Of a DNA stretch of 64,000 nucleotides, positions 1-11,076 are shown in pieces. Below the pieces are notes generated by a model that worked only from the letters and a program-made list of their open reading frames with translations, made no database searches and was not told where the DNA came from. A program made the translations under genes and the position numbers. The DNA comes from Malacoraja senta (taxonomy: Eukaryota): positions 6,016,001 through 6,080,000 of the forward strand of contig CM075993.1 in the NCBI GenBank assembly GCA_038087875.1. Reading direction: 5' to 3'. How positions within the stretch are numbered: position 1 is the stretch's first letter; each line of letters begins with the position of its first letter.

Positions 1-1501
1 TATGTAGCTCCCATTGCTCAGATACATATTCCATAAAATGTTGTCCATTAACCAGAAAATGTGAACATTGCTCCTGTTCCCAGGCATCAATCTGCATTTT
101 CAACTCTTCTTCCAGCTAAAATATACAGCAATTTATTAGTACTTTTGCAAGAATATTTAAAATGTGAAACATTAGAAGCAGCTGACACTCCAGAGAAAGG
201 CAACTGCTTTCAATTCAGTGTTGACTGTTTGAACAGTCCCATTCAAGAAATATTCTATCAGTGACGAGGTACTATAAATTATCAGACACAAGCACAGTTA
301 TGAAAACACAAAAGGAAAGTTGGCTTATATCCAGGGAACTGGAATACCAAGATCCCATCTGGAGAATGCTATTTGATTGTGGCATTCCAATCTGAAAGGC
401 ACTTCCTGAAGTTTAGAAAGTTGAGGGCGATCAAATTAAAACATTTGAAATTAAGTTTTAATAGGCTTGAGGTGCTCAGTAAGCTTCACTGATTCACTCA
501 TTTTAACATGACAACTGTTAAGAAATTGATTCAAAATACTATCTGCTAACACATTATAAATGTTTCAACTCAGCAGATTCCACCGGGAGTTGCCTTTGAG
601 GCAGCCCCGCCTAGTCTGTCTGTCCTTTTCGTCTTTTAAAAAAAATATTTTTTAGTGAGTTTTAAAAGTTTGCATTAATGTTCTCTGGTTTGTTTTATAT
701 GGGTGGGGGAGGGGGTTGGGAGAAACCTTTTTCCCCCAATCTCTTACCTTGCCAGAGATGCGATTGTTTTCCAGATCGTATCTCCGGTCACTCTGCGGCC
801 TAACATAGGCTGGAGATCTGCTCGGATCTGATTTTGAGCCCCACTGCGGGGCGTGGACTTACCATCGGATCTGATCCCTTACCTGGGATCGATGCTCCAA
901 TCGCGACCTGCGGACTTTAACATCAGGAGCTCACAGTCTCGGAAGAGGCCGAGTCGGGAGCTCCAAAAGCTGCACGACATTTGACAAGCCCCGACCCAGG
1001 GTCAGATCGCCCGGCACGGGGAGCTGACATCCCCCCTGATGCAGGAGCTTGATCGCCCCGACGAGGAGGCCAGCCGCCGGCTAAGGGAGTAAGATCGTCC
1101 CGTCAACGGAAGGTTTGAGGCCCCTGACCGTTGGCGGACAAAGAAGGGAGAGATTGAACTTATTTTGCCTTTCATCACAGTGAGGAATGTGGAGGAGTCA
1201 GTGGTGGATGTTTGTTTAAATGTATTTTGTGTGTTCTGTTGCTTTTTATTAGTATGACTAAGGCAAATCAAATTCCTCATATGTTGCAAAACATACTTGG
1301 CTAATAAAGTATGATTATTATGATTATGATGACCAAAAGTTATCTCCATTTTACACTAAAGTTTGGATGTCACTTCAGCCACTCCTTGTTTATGTACACA
1401 GATGAATCTCCCGATAACAATAGTAAAGGTGTGCGATGTGATAATTTCAGACTAAATCATAGATTACAATTTGTTCAAGGTAAATGTGCACTATTACATA
1501 C

Positions 1502-1597
1502 TTTGGGCAACATTTTATACAGCTTAGTTCTCTGCTTCTCCTCTTTTAAAAGGTTGCCTCCTCGGTTGGCGAAGCGGTTTGGGTCAGATGCTTTCTT
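1502..1597 (-). CDS. PRC1: PRC1 exon 9
   Basis: cag|[32 protein letters not shown]|gtatgt. Confidence 0.95.
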
Positions 1598-3085
1598 CTG
1601 TAAACAGAATTTTTTTTAAATGTTAATGTTTGTTTCAATTAAATTGCCTTCAACCAGGTTAACTATACAGGGGCTCTTGGGGTTATAGAAGACCTGATTT
1701 ACTGAAATCCGACTTTACACAAGTTGTCCCATTACGTTTAAAGATTTCTAAACTGCAATAATAGTAAAATGGTTCTTTGTTCCATTGCGGGCAATTATTC
1801 AATGCAATAAAGTCACAGTAAGTGCCCGAGTTACACACGGACTGGAGACGCTACATAATCCAGGAACTGCCTCTATATCCAATTCTGATTGCAAGGAACA
1901 ATTGGGGCCTGTAGCTTTCAGAGGGCTGCTCAAGAACCCAACAATAGCGGAATAGCACAATCTAATGAACCACAATTAATTTGTTACTTACCTCAAACCC
2001 GAGGTAAAGCTGCCAATTTTCTTCCCACTTCCAGACACCCTCAAATAGCTGCTGGTGGGCTTGATAGTGCCGCTTTAATCGGTTCAGCTCATCGTTATGA
2101 AGCTGCAATAAATCCTCTGTATTATCCTCTTTTGGGAAAAGCAAAAAGACATTTTAGCACGTAAACAAGCAGCTTCAATTTACAGCCCCAATCAAAGTTT
2201 CATCAAAAGAACATCTCATCAAAATAGAACAGTACAGTGCAGAAATAGGCCAAGTTGCTTTTACATCTTTGCATCTGTCTACATTTCTACCTTATCTCCC
2301 AGGGAATTGGGAGGCCTATAGTATAATCCCATCAGAAAATTGTACCTTTCTTATTTGAGCTCTCGTCATATAGCCTCGATTTTACAGGAGTCCTAGAGCA
2401 GTTCAGCCTTGCATTTAAATAAACACACTTCAGCCCATCAATCTCACCATGTTCATTAACCTGTACTTGCCGGTACTTCCTTTCAGACTCGTCATAACCT
2501 TTACCTTGCTGACCTGGTTTTGAAAGCTGTTACCCTAGTTTAAACCCTCCCGGTTAGCGCAAGTGAACTTCCCTGCGAAGATATTGGATAATGACGTAGT
2601 TGGAGCTCTGGTCAAAGAGAATTACAATATAATTGCAGTTGGCAAGAAAATTTCACATTTCCTTTTGGCAGCATAAATCCGCATTACAGGCAAATAAGTT
2701 CTTGAATCAAAAACGCTCAGGCGCCTCTTCATTTGTATTTCACATTACCATCATTCCAGGCTAAAATAGAGACTTGCATCACAGCATATTAGACAATTGT
2801 TTTAGCAGCAAAATATTTTAAAAAGTTAAACCTTCATGATATGGAGCAAATGCTTGGCGCTGTTCAGAGCTGAAGAAACATTTCTCCCAGTATGATGCTA
2901 GCTCTTGTCGGACAGCTTCAATCACACTTTTCATGTTCTGTAATTTCAGGACTTCAAGATGCTGCATTTGTGTCTGTAACTGGATCACAACATTCATTAC
3001 TTTTCATCAGCTTACCAAGAATTACAACTTGACTCCATCCACTACAAAGTGTGGATTGAAGTAGAGAACAACCCTTTAATGCGAG

Positions 3086-3119
<34 letters not shown>

Positions 3120-6100
3120 AAAGGATTTGGGTTCAAAAATCCAAAGCTTAAGGAATAAGACTTCACATTGACAATTCGATATTAATGCTACAGCATTTGG
3201 TTGAAAATATTTAACTATGTTAATTAAACATCAGTGTGATATTTAGCAAACATAGAAGTTTCAGGATATTTAAAGCAACTGCTGCTAAATATTTAAGCTG
3301 CTCCCAGTCCCAGCCTGGAACTATGCACCATTTATACACAATGGCAAGAGCCATTAGCTTCACCATTTGTTTAGCGGCAAGTGGAACAAATATAAATATA
3401 TATACATAAAAATACTTACCATTTGCAATGTTTTTGCCCTGGATCCAACCATGTGTACAGCAAATGCATTGCGTTCTTCATCAGAAATCTTCAACCAGTC
3501 CCACAGGTTAATTATTTGACTTCTCAGCTCTGAACATTTGGCTTCATTTTGAGCTCTCTTCATCTCCAGCTGAAGAGAAATAGGTTTCATAATTAGCCGG
3601 CAGTTTTATACCCACCAGGCAAGCACACAAAAGGTAGGCTGCTCACTTAAGAAGTTTATTTCACTGCACTGACAAAACACATTAGCAAGCATGCCAGGAA
3701 CATTGCTCAGGCAGATGATCCACAGGTTGCGACAAATCTACAGAAATAAACCAAGAAAACTTTCCAACATAAATAAGCTGGATACCAAACAGAAAGGCTA
3801 TTTTATTCACTAGTGGACTTGGCTAAAATCGTCATTATTTGCATAAATGGGGAAAGAAATTGAAAAGCATTTTTAGTGTATCCATTGTATTGTCCTGGTT
3901 AGCTGGTCATAAGCAATCAACAGCAAGATTCAAAGAGATACTAGGCCTCTTATGAATAATAATCTGTCAAAAATATAAATAAATACATACCCCTATTTTC
4001 AATATAGCTGTCATTTCCCCCCCCCCCCCCCCCCCATCCCCATAAGATTACAAGTCAAAAGCAAAAGTATAGTGAAGAATTTTGAGATTGCTCCAAGATT
4101 GATAGAGGCAATATAGATAAAATTTTGCTTGCATTTATGTACCCACCTCTTGAAGTAATGTTTTTAGGCCTATAATATTCGCATTGGATAAACAAAATGC
4201 ATCCTCATCTTCACACACAATATCTCTCTCAAAGCTAGTGTCAGGAAGCTGATCCAGTTCATCCATGCACAAAATGATTTTTTTCTTTGTCTCTACAAAC
4301 TCAGCCCTTCTGCGCTCCTAAAATTAGAGAATAAAACATTTCTACCAGGGAATTCAATACGTATACATTACATCAATAAGAAGATGGCAGTTTATACAAA
4401 TTAAACAGTGCAATGCTTCTTATTTCTATATCTCCTATATAATGAAAGAGAGGGTAGCACAGATTACAAAAATATTACTAAACCTCTTTTGAGTCACCTT
4501 TCAACCAAATCTCAGCTTAATTTACCCAGATTTATACAATTTAAATTTTTATTTGGATGGTGAACAATTATTCAAAGCTACAATTAGTTACACTTTCACA
4601 GTTGTCTCGTTAAGTACCGGTTTCCAGATCACAGAAACATCTTAAAGTTTAAACCATTCCATGTTCAGGAAAGTTAGACATCAGATTTGTACAAGTCTGT
4701 ACACAGTCTTACACATTTGGATGCTCCAGACCACACAGGTCAACAGGACACTTGCACAAGACGCCCTAGTATTAGTTAAAATATTAATTAAATATAGGTG
4801 TGAACTGCTGCTTTAATATCCCAGATTGTATTTTACCTTTTCTTCATTCAGTGAAGCAATGTGCGCATGGAATGCATCTAGCTGTTCAATACTGGGGACA
4901 GTATCAACATCAATGGAGTAGCCCGTTGTACAGAGAATGTCACAAAGTTCTTCATCTTGTTCTTTAAGGCATTTCATTTTAGCCATTCTCTCTTTCTTCT
5001 CCTTCAAGAGGACCTCCAAACGAGTCCGCAGATCTTTCTCCAGCTGCAGCATTGTGCAATTTTCTTCTGGCTGTCACAAATACAGGTTTGAATTATTAAT
5101 TAGATAGTGGGGGTGGGGGGGGGGGGTGTTATTTTATTCCTCCCTCCAACAAACTCTTAACAAATCTGAGGGGCGGTGAGTATTAACTCTTACCAGACAT
5201 GTAGTCAACCCGAGGTCCTGACACACTGCATGGAGCTCTTTCTGACACATTGTAATGCTCTTTTTCAGCCGCTGTCTTAAATTTTCCTCCTCTGCAATCA
5301 TCATTTCCAATAGGCCCTGCGTGGAAATAGGGGACAAACACTGTTTCTTGAAAGGATTTTGATACATATTTAAAATCAACCAAAAGAGTCTAAAAGTCCC
5401 ACAACCATCAACATTGGGGACAAGTACTATTTTATTGCCATCATATCTGTTTTTTGTAAAAGGAATAATGAGAAGCCAATTCATTTTAAAGGGTTTAAGA
5501 AAAATTAAATCTGTGCTGACTGATAAAAAAAAAGACAAAACAGCAGTAGAAGCCAGATTACAGAAGAGTAACCTGCCCATCTCATGACTGAATGTATCTC
5601 AATCAAGAAAGATGGTGAGATTTACTGCATTTATAGTGTTCAATTTGCCAATAGCAAAATCAAAGAAACACATGTTATTCTGCACATTTGCTGTTAATAA
5701 AAAACTAAATCGTATAGTGTGTGATCCCGATGGCCAATTGCACTGTTTCAATATGCCAGTGGAAACAGTGAAGTGCCATATTTTGAACATGCAAGATATA
5801 ACAGGCAGTCTAGATCAGAACATGTTGTTGCATAACTTTTCTATAAGGATACACTCCAATTTATATTTTAAAAATTGCATTCTTTATTCCCAAGAATACT
5901 TTACTCCACTTGCCTTAATGTGCTTTTTAACAACTTCTGTCCTTTGCATTCTTTGATCTTCTGGAATTCCAATCTCTTCCCAGATATTTCGAAGATGGGA
6001 AAGCGCTGCATTGAGGCAGTTGACTGACTCTGTGGCCAGTGCATCACTGTAAAAAGACAAAATGTTGTGTGTTGAGTCATATATGAATACAAGATGCACA

Positions 6101-9100
6101 AAATATTTTTTTTAAAGACTTTCAGCCTCAGCCATGGCTCTTCAAACGAGAAAACTCAGACCTCACAATGACCTGATCAGATGACAAACTCAAAATCCTA
6201 CAAAAAGATCAAAAATGCATCATATTTCTCAGTATTATTTACTGCAGCACTAAGGTTAAAAAAAGACCTTACTCTTGGCAACCGTATCCCCACGATTTCA
6301 ATGCACACCACCAATGAAGCAGCTTCAAAGCTCAGGGACAAAACAGCCATATAACTATGGCAGCAGGTTGGTGGAATGGGCAGAGTGTAGTTAGAATACA
6401 AAATATACTGCTTTCAGATGTGGTGGAGGCAAGTTTCATAGTGGGGTCAGTACAAACATGATGGGACCAATGACATCTCACTCGTGTTCAGTCTGTGTTT
6501 CTACAAGACTGAACTGAGATGGAACAGAACAATGTCATGGGAGCAATTAGCAGGCATAAAATAATCAGATTGCCACAAAAACATCTGCTACGATAATGTT
6601 TATCATGGAGGAAAATATACCATCCTACCTGATCTGGTCTGTGTGTCCTTCAGACCAACTACCCTTAACAGTTCACTGAAATGGCTGAGAGAAAATATAA
6701 AGATTGGTAATAAACATTGGGTTTGCCACATCATCATCCTACAAGCAAATGAAGATGTTGGAAATTTCATACCAGGTGCATTGAAGGACTAGGACCCAAT
6801 GCTGAGACGTAACTGAAAGTTAGTAATGTGACGATACAGGCTAAAAAGTTCTCAGATGCACACAAAGAGGTTGCAAACTGGTTTGATTCCCAATTGCCCA
6901 TTTCCCTTTTATCCCCTCCCTTTACAATTCTCTCCTCCTGCCATCTCCTTCTCTGACATTCTTTTGTCTCTTTGCCTTCATCACTTACTCCACTCATCTG
7001 CAATCTAACCCACATCCTATATCCACCTATCATTTGCCAGGCATTGTTCATCTTTCTTCCTGCACCCCCACACTCCAGTCAGTCTGAAGGGTCCCGATCT
7101 AAAACATCACCCGAAAACTGTCCCTAGATGCTGCCTGACCCACTGAGTTCATCCAGCACTTGGTACTTTGCTCAAGATTCCAGCATCTGCAGTATCTTGA
7201 AATGACACCTGAAATTTTGGAGAGTATGAAGTCTTTGTAAAGGCTAAAAACAAGATAGTGGGTAGACTGTAGAGTTTACGATTAACTTGGGCTCAAAGTT
7301 AACGCTCAATTCTCTGATTCAATTTGAGAGCGACAAGGTAGGAGAATAATTAACAGCAAGCACGTCGAGTTTGTACTGGGAATAAAAGAAAAGCAATCCA
7401 GCTCATAGGGATGGGTAATAAATGCTGCCATTGCCAACAAACTCCATGATACCACAAGAAACAAAACCAAACTCATGCCCTTGGGGTGATGTTGACACAA
7501 ATCTGGGGGTGGGAGAGAGAAAGAGAAGAGAAAATGGGGGCAGAGAGAGCAAAGACAGTTGGTTGGAAGACAGCTGTAGATAAACGAGATGGAGGCAGCG
7601 ACAAGAATAAAGGTTTGGGGGAGATTTATGGTAATGCGGTGTGGTAAAAAAGGAACCTCTACTACAAATGTTGGGTCCACTTTCTTTGGCACTGAACTAA
7701 GTATAGCGAGTGAACTGGTCAAAGAAGGAAAGAATCAAGGCTTTCCTTCGATAGCTCAGTTGGTAGAGTGGAGGACTGTAGTGGAAACATGGTCATCCTT
7801 AGGTCACTGGTTCAATTCTGGCTCGAAGGAGCTGCTCACCTGATCAGCCATGATCATATTGAATGGCAGTGCAGGCTCGAAGGGCCGAATGGCCTACTTC
7901 TGCACCTATTTTCTATGTCTAAGACTTTTCAGCATCCTAACAGAACTCTCAGACAAAATATGTGTCGTCCCACCCGCTAAACAGAGGGGTGAAACAATGT
8001 AATAATAACCGCTAAACATTAGCAAAATCAAAGGATGTGGAGATTTCTGATGTTCTTAAATAGCAACAATCCAATATTAAATACTTGTTTTCCTCCATTA
8101 GCTTCAACTCCTACAAAGGAAGACTTCTAGCTATTCTTTAATGCACTAATCAACTTTTAAACAGACTTTTTAAAAAGTAATGCAGGAAAATCTTTCAGCC
8201 AAAAAATAAACATTGTTGATTCATACTCTACACCCTTCGCGTCTATACTGCGTTACATGCTAAATATGAATGACAGGGTTGTTTCAAACACAATGCCACA
8301 CTGTACCCTGAAGATAGTTTTAACGAGACACAAAACAAACTGCTGGTGGAACAGCAGTCCTTTGGGCACTTCTGTTTAAACGAGTCAACGCCTTACTCTG
8401 GAATTCTAAAAACTCAGTGCGAGTGACCGTCTGGAATAACACCCCCCCAGTTTATTCTTCAGCAACAAACAACCTGCTGCGGAGAAATGGAACGGACATT
8501 TGGGACAAGACCCTTCTTTAGAGTCTCGACTCCAAAGGTCACCCATTCCTTTTCTCTGGAGATGTTCCCGCCCCGCTGAGCTACTCCAGCATTTTAATGT
8601 GTATCTTCTGTTTAAACCAGCATCTGCAGTTCTTTCCTACTACACAGTGCCATTTGGGGGCGGGAGACTTCATAAATGAGAGGAGCAGAATTAGGCCATT
8701 CGGCCCATCAAGACTACTCCGCCGTTCAATCATGGCTGATCTATCTTTCCCTCCTAACCCAATTTTCCTGCCTTCTCCCTATAACCCCTGACACCCATCT
8801 GGTTTATTATTTGTTGTTAGGCATGTATCCTTCTCTGTCGGTACACAAAAAAAAAAAAAATGCTGGAGAAACTCAGCGGGTGCAGCAGCATCTATGGAGC
8901 GAAGGAAATAGGTAACGTTTCGGGCCGAAACCCTTCTTCAGACTTATCCTTCTAAAAGTCTTATCCTTCTCTGTCATCTGCCATCTGCCCCAGGTTCAAC
9001 ACAATGAAATTATTACTGGCTGAAGAAGGGTCTCGACCCGAAACGTCACCCATTCCTTCTCTCCAGAGATACAAGATACATTTATTTGTCACATGTGCCA

Positions 9101-9560
9101 GATGGCACAGTGAAATGTGATTACCATACAGCCATACAATAAAAATAAAGAACACAACACACGATAGAGTTCAACATAAAAACATCCCCACACAGCAGAA
9201 TCAACGTTTTCCCACTGTGAGGGAAGACACCACAAAGTCAGTCTCTTCCTCGAATGTTCCCCCGTGGTTGGGGCCTCCCCGAGCCTGTCCCGCTGAGTTA
9301 CTCCAACATTTGGTGTCTACCTGAAATTATTACTTGCTGCAACTATACAGTCCATCAACATACTAACACAACAAATAAATATCTAATAAAGTAACCAAAT
9401 GACAAATTAGGAGTAATACCACAGGTCACCAGACCATAAGAGCTGGCAAGAGAGCGGCCGGTTGGGTCACTTCTCGCTGCGGCCACTCTCTGACCACTGG
9501 CTTGTAGTGGAGAGCGGCCGGGCACCGGAGCCGGATTCACACCCACCTTTTTCTCACCAT
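1502..9560 (-). CDS. PRC1: Protein regulator of cytokinesis 1, exons 1-9 (3' exons lie beyond the left edge)
   Basis: Phase-consistent exons 9547-9560, 5914-6046, 5194-5316, 4837-5070, 4147-4317, 3420-3569, 2832-2979, 1992-2128, 1502-1597. They translate to [49 protein letters not shown]...[32 protein letters not shown], a MAP65/ASE1/PRC1 sequence. Confidence 0.96.
1992..2128 (-). CDS. PRC1: PRC1 exon 8
   Basis: aag|(E)[45 protein letters not shown]|gtaagt. Confidence 0.94.
2832..2979 (-). CDS. PRC1: PRC1 exon 7
   Basis: cag|[49 protein letters not shown]+G|gt. Confidence 0.93.
3420..3569 (-). CDS. PRC1: PRC1 exon 6
   Basis: cag|[50 protein letters not shown]|gtaagt. Confidence 0.95.
4147..4317 (-). 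CDS. PRC1: PRC1 exon 5
   Basis: tag|[57 protein letters not shown]|gtgggt. Confidence 0.95.
4837..5070 (-). CDS. PRC1: PRC1 exon 4
   Basis: cag|[28 protein letters not shown]...ASLNEEK|gtaaaa. Confidence 0.95.
5194..5316 (-). CDS. PRC1: PRC1 exon 3
   Basis: cag|[41 protein letters not shown]|gtaag. Confidence 0.95.
5914..6046 (-). CDS. PRC1: PRC1 exon 2
   Basis: tttacag acceptor; [46 protein letters not shown] donor AAG|GCAAGT. Confidence 0.93.
7745..7830 (+). tRNA. tRNA-Tyr(GTA) with 13-nt intron (7782-7794), possibly a pseudogene
   Basis: CCTTCGATAGCTCAGTTGGTAGAGtGGAGGACTGTAG-[tggaaacatggtc]-ATCCTTAGGTCaCTGGTTCaATTCtGGCTCGAAGGA matches vertebrate tRNA-Tyr. Four CpG-type transitions weaken the T-stem. 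Confidence 0.9.
9547..9560 (-). CDS. PRC1: PRC1 coding exon 1 (MVRK+AG)
   Basis: GGAGGATGGTGAGAAAAAG|GTGGGT in a CpG island; phase 2 joins exon 2 to give S-D-A-L-A. Confidence 0.85.
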
Positions 9561-9589
9561 CCTCCGGCCCCGCTCCTGGTCTCCGGCCT

Positions 9590-9889
9590 CTCCCTCAGTG
9601 TCCGGCTCCGGCTCTTCTCGGTGTCCCGTCCCCCCAGCCTCGCTCTCCGGCCGCCGTTACACCAGCTGTCCCGGTGTCTCTCCGGCCGCCGATACTAAGT
9701 ATTCGGCCCCACTCTCAGTGATGGTCTCTCTCTCTCTCTCTCTCCAGCCGCCGTTACTCAGTGTCCGGTCTCTCTCTCTCTCACTGTCGGGCCCGCTCTC
9801 AGTGTCCGCTCTCTGCGGCCGCCGTTAATCCGTGTCTACACTCTCTCTCTCTCTCTGTCCGGTCTCTCCGGCCGCCGTTACTCAGTGTC

Positions 9890-9925
<36 letters not shown>

Positions 9926-10220
9926 CCGGCCGCCGTTACTCAGTGTCCAGTCTCTCTCTGTGTCCGGCCGCCGTTACTCAGTGTCCAGTCTCTCTCTGTG
10001 TCCGGCCGCCGTTACTCAGTGTCCAGTCTCTCTCTGTGTCCGGCCGCCGTTACTCAGTGTCCGGTCTCTCTCAGTGTCCGGTCTCTCTCTCTCTCTCTCT
10101 CTCTCACTGTCGGGCCCGCTCTCAGTGTCCGCTCTCTCCGGCCGCCGTTAATCCGTGTCTACACTCTCTCTCTCTCTCTCTCTCTCTGTCCGGTCTCTCC
10201 GGCCGCCGTTACTCAGTGTC

Positions 10221-10264
<44 letters not shown>

Positions 10265-10350
10265 CCGGCCGCCGTTACTCAGTGTCCAGTCTCTCTCAGT
10301 GTCCGGTCTGTCCGGCCGCCGTTACTCAGTGTCCGGTCTGTCCGGCCGTC
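9590..10350. repeat. GC-rich compound minisatellite (CCGGCCGCCGTTACTCAGTGTCCAG + (CT)n) between the PRC1 promoter and ATG
   Basis: About 12 units directly visible, separated by variable CT tracts. Confidence 0.95.
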
Positions 10351-10364
10351 GCGTCTCCTGTCCC

Positions 10365-10520
10365 CGCGACCGTTGCTCCTTCGACAATTTCAAATTTCCA
10401 ACGGCCAACCGCCGCAGCGCTCCGATTGGCTCCGTCTGACGTCAGGGGCGATGACATCACCTGATGATGCGCGCGTGCGGCGGTGGCGGCGGGGGCGGGC
10501 AGGGCTGGCGCATGCGCGGC
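10365..10520 (-). promoter_or_regulatory. PRC1 CpG-island G2/M-type promoter
   Basis: CHR TTTGAA (minus, 10389-10394), CCAAT (minus, 10425-10429), CRE TGACGTCA 10437-10444, CRE-like TGACATCA 10452-10459, GC box about 10491-10500, NRF1 GCGCATGCGC 10508-10517. This is the CCAAT+CHR arrangement typical of DREAM/MMB target genes. Confidence 0.8.
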
Positions 10521-10974
10521 CCGCTCCCATTGCAGCCCAGCCGGGTCCAGGCTGCGAGCAAGCGTCTGAACCTGAACCGGGCACAATGCACATTAACAGT
10601 TTATGATTTGTATACATTGTGTATGCAAGCAAAGAATTTCACTGTGCCTCGTCACAAGTGACAATAAAGTATTCATAGTCTCACTTGCTGTAACTTTACA
10701 TGTCTACATGCACATTAATGCACAACATATATATAACAAAATGCAATGGCAGATTATTATTTATATATATTTCCACCCTTTAGTCCGAGGGTGGTGAATC
10801 TGTGGAATTATTTACCACGGAAGGCTGTGGAGGCCAAGTCAGTGGATATATTTACGGCAGAGATAGATAGATTCTTGTTTCACTGTGCCTCGTCACAAGT
10901 GACAATAAAGTATTCATATTCTGTAACTTTACATGTTTACATGCACATTAATGCACAACATATATATATATATA

Positions 10975-11076
10975 TTTGGAACTCAAAGTGCCCATTTGCA
11001 AAATGCAATGGCAGATTATTAATGGCAAATAATAATCTGCCATTGCATTTTGCAAATGGGCACTTTGAGTTCCAAA
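10975..11076. repeat. Perfect inverted repeat, 46-bp arms with 10-bp spacer, inside a local tandem duplication (about 10638-11190)
   Basis: 10975-11020 is the exact reverse complement of 11031-11076. Confidence 0.93.

Noticed and set aside
9590..10350. CRISPR-like repeat-spacer appearance
   Set aside because: The spacers are CT microsatellites rather than unique sequences, the context is eukaryotic, and no cas genes are present.
9598..10606. Long ORFs (281 aa, 210 aa) over the PRC1 leader
   Set aside because: Translations of the minisatellite (SLSL/CPAAVTQ repeats), open in several frames only because of low complexity.
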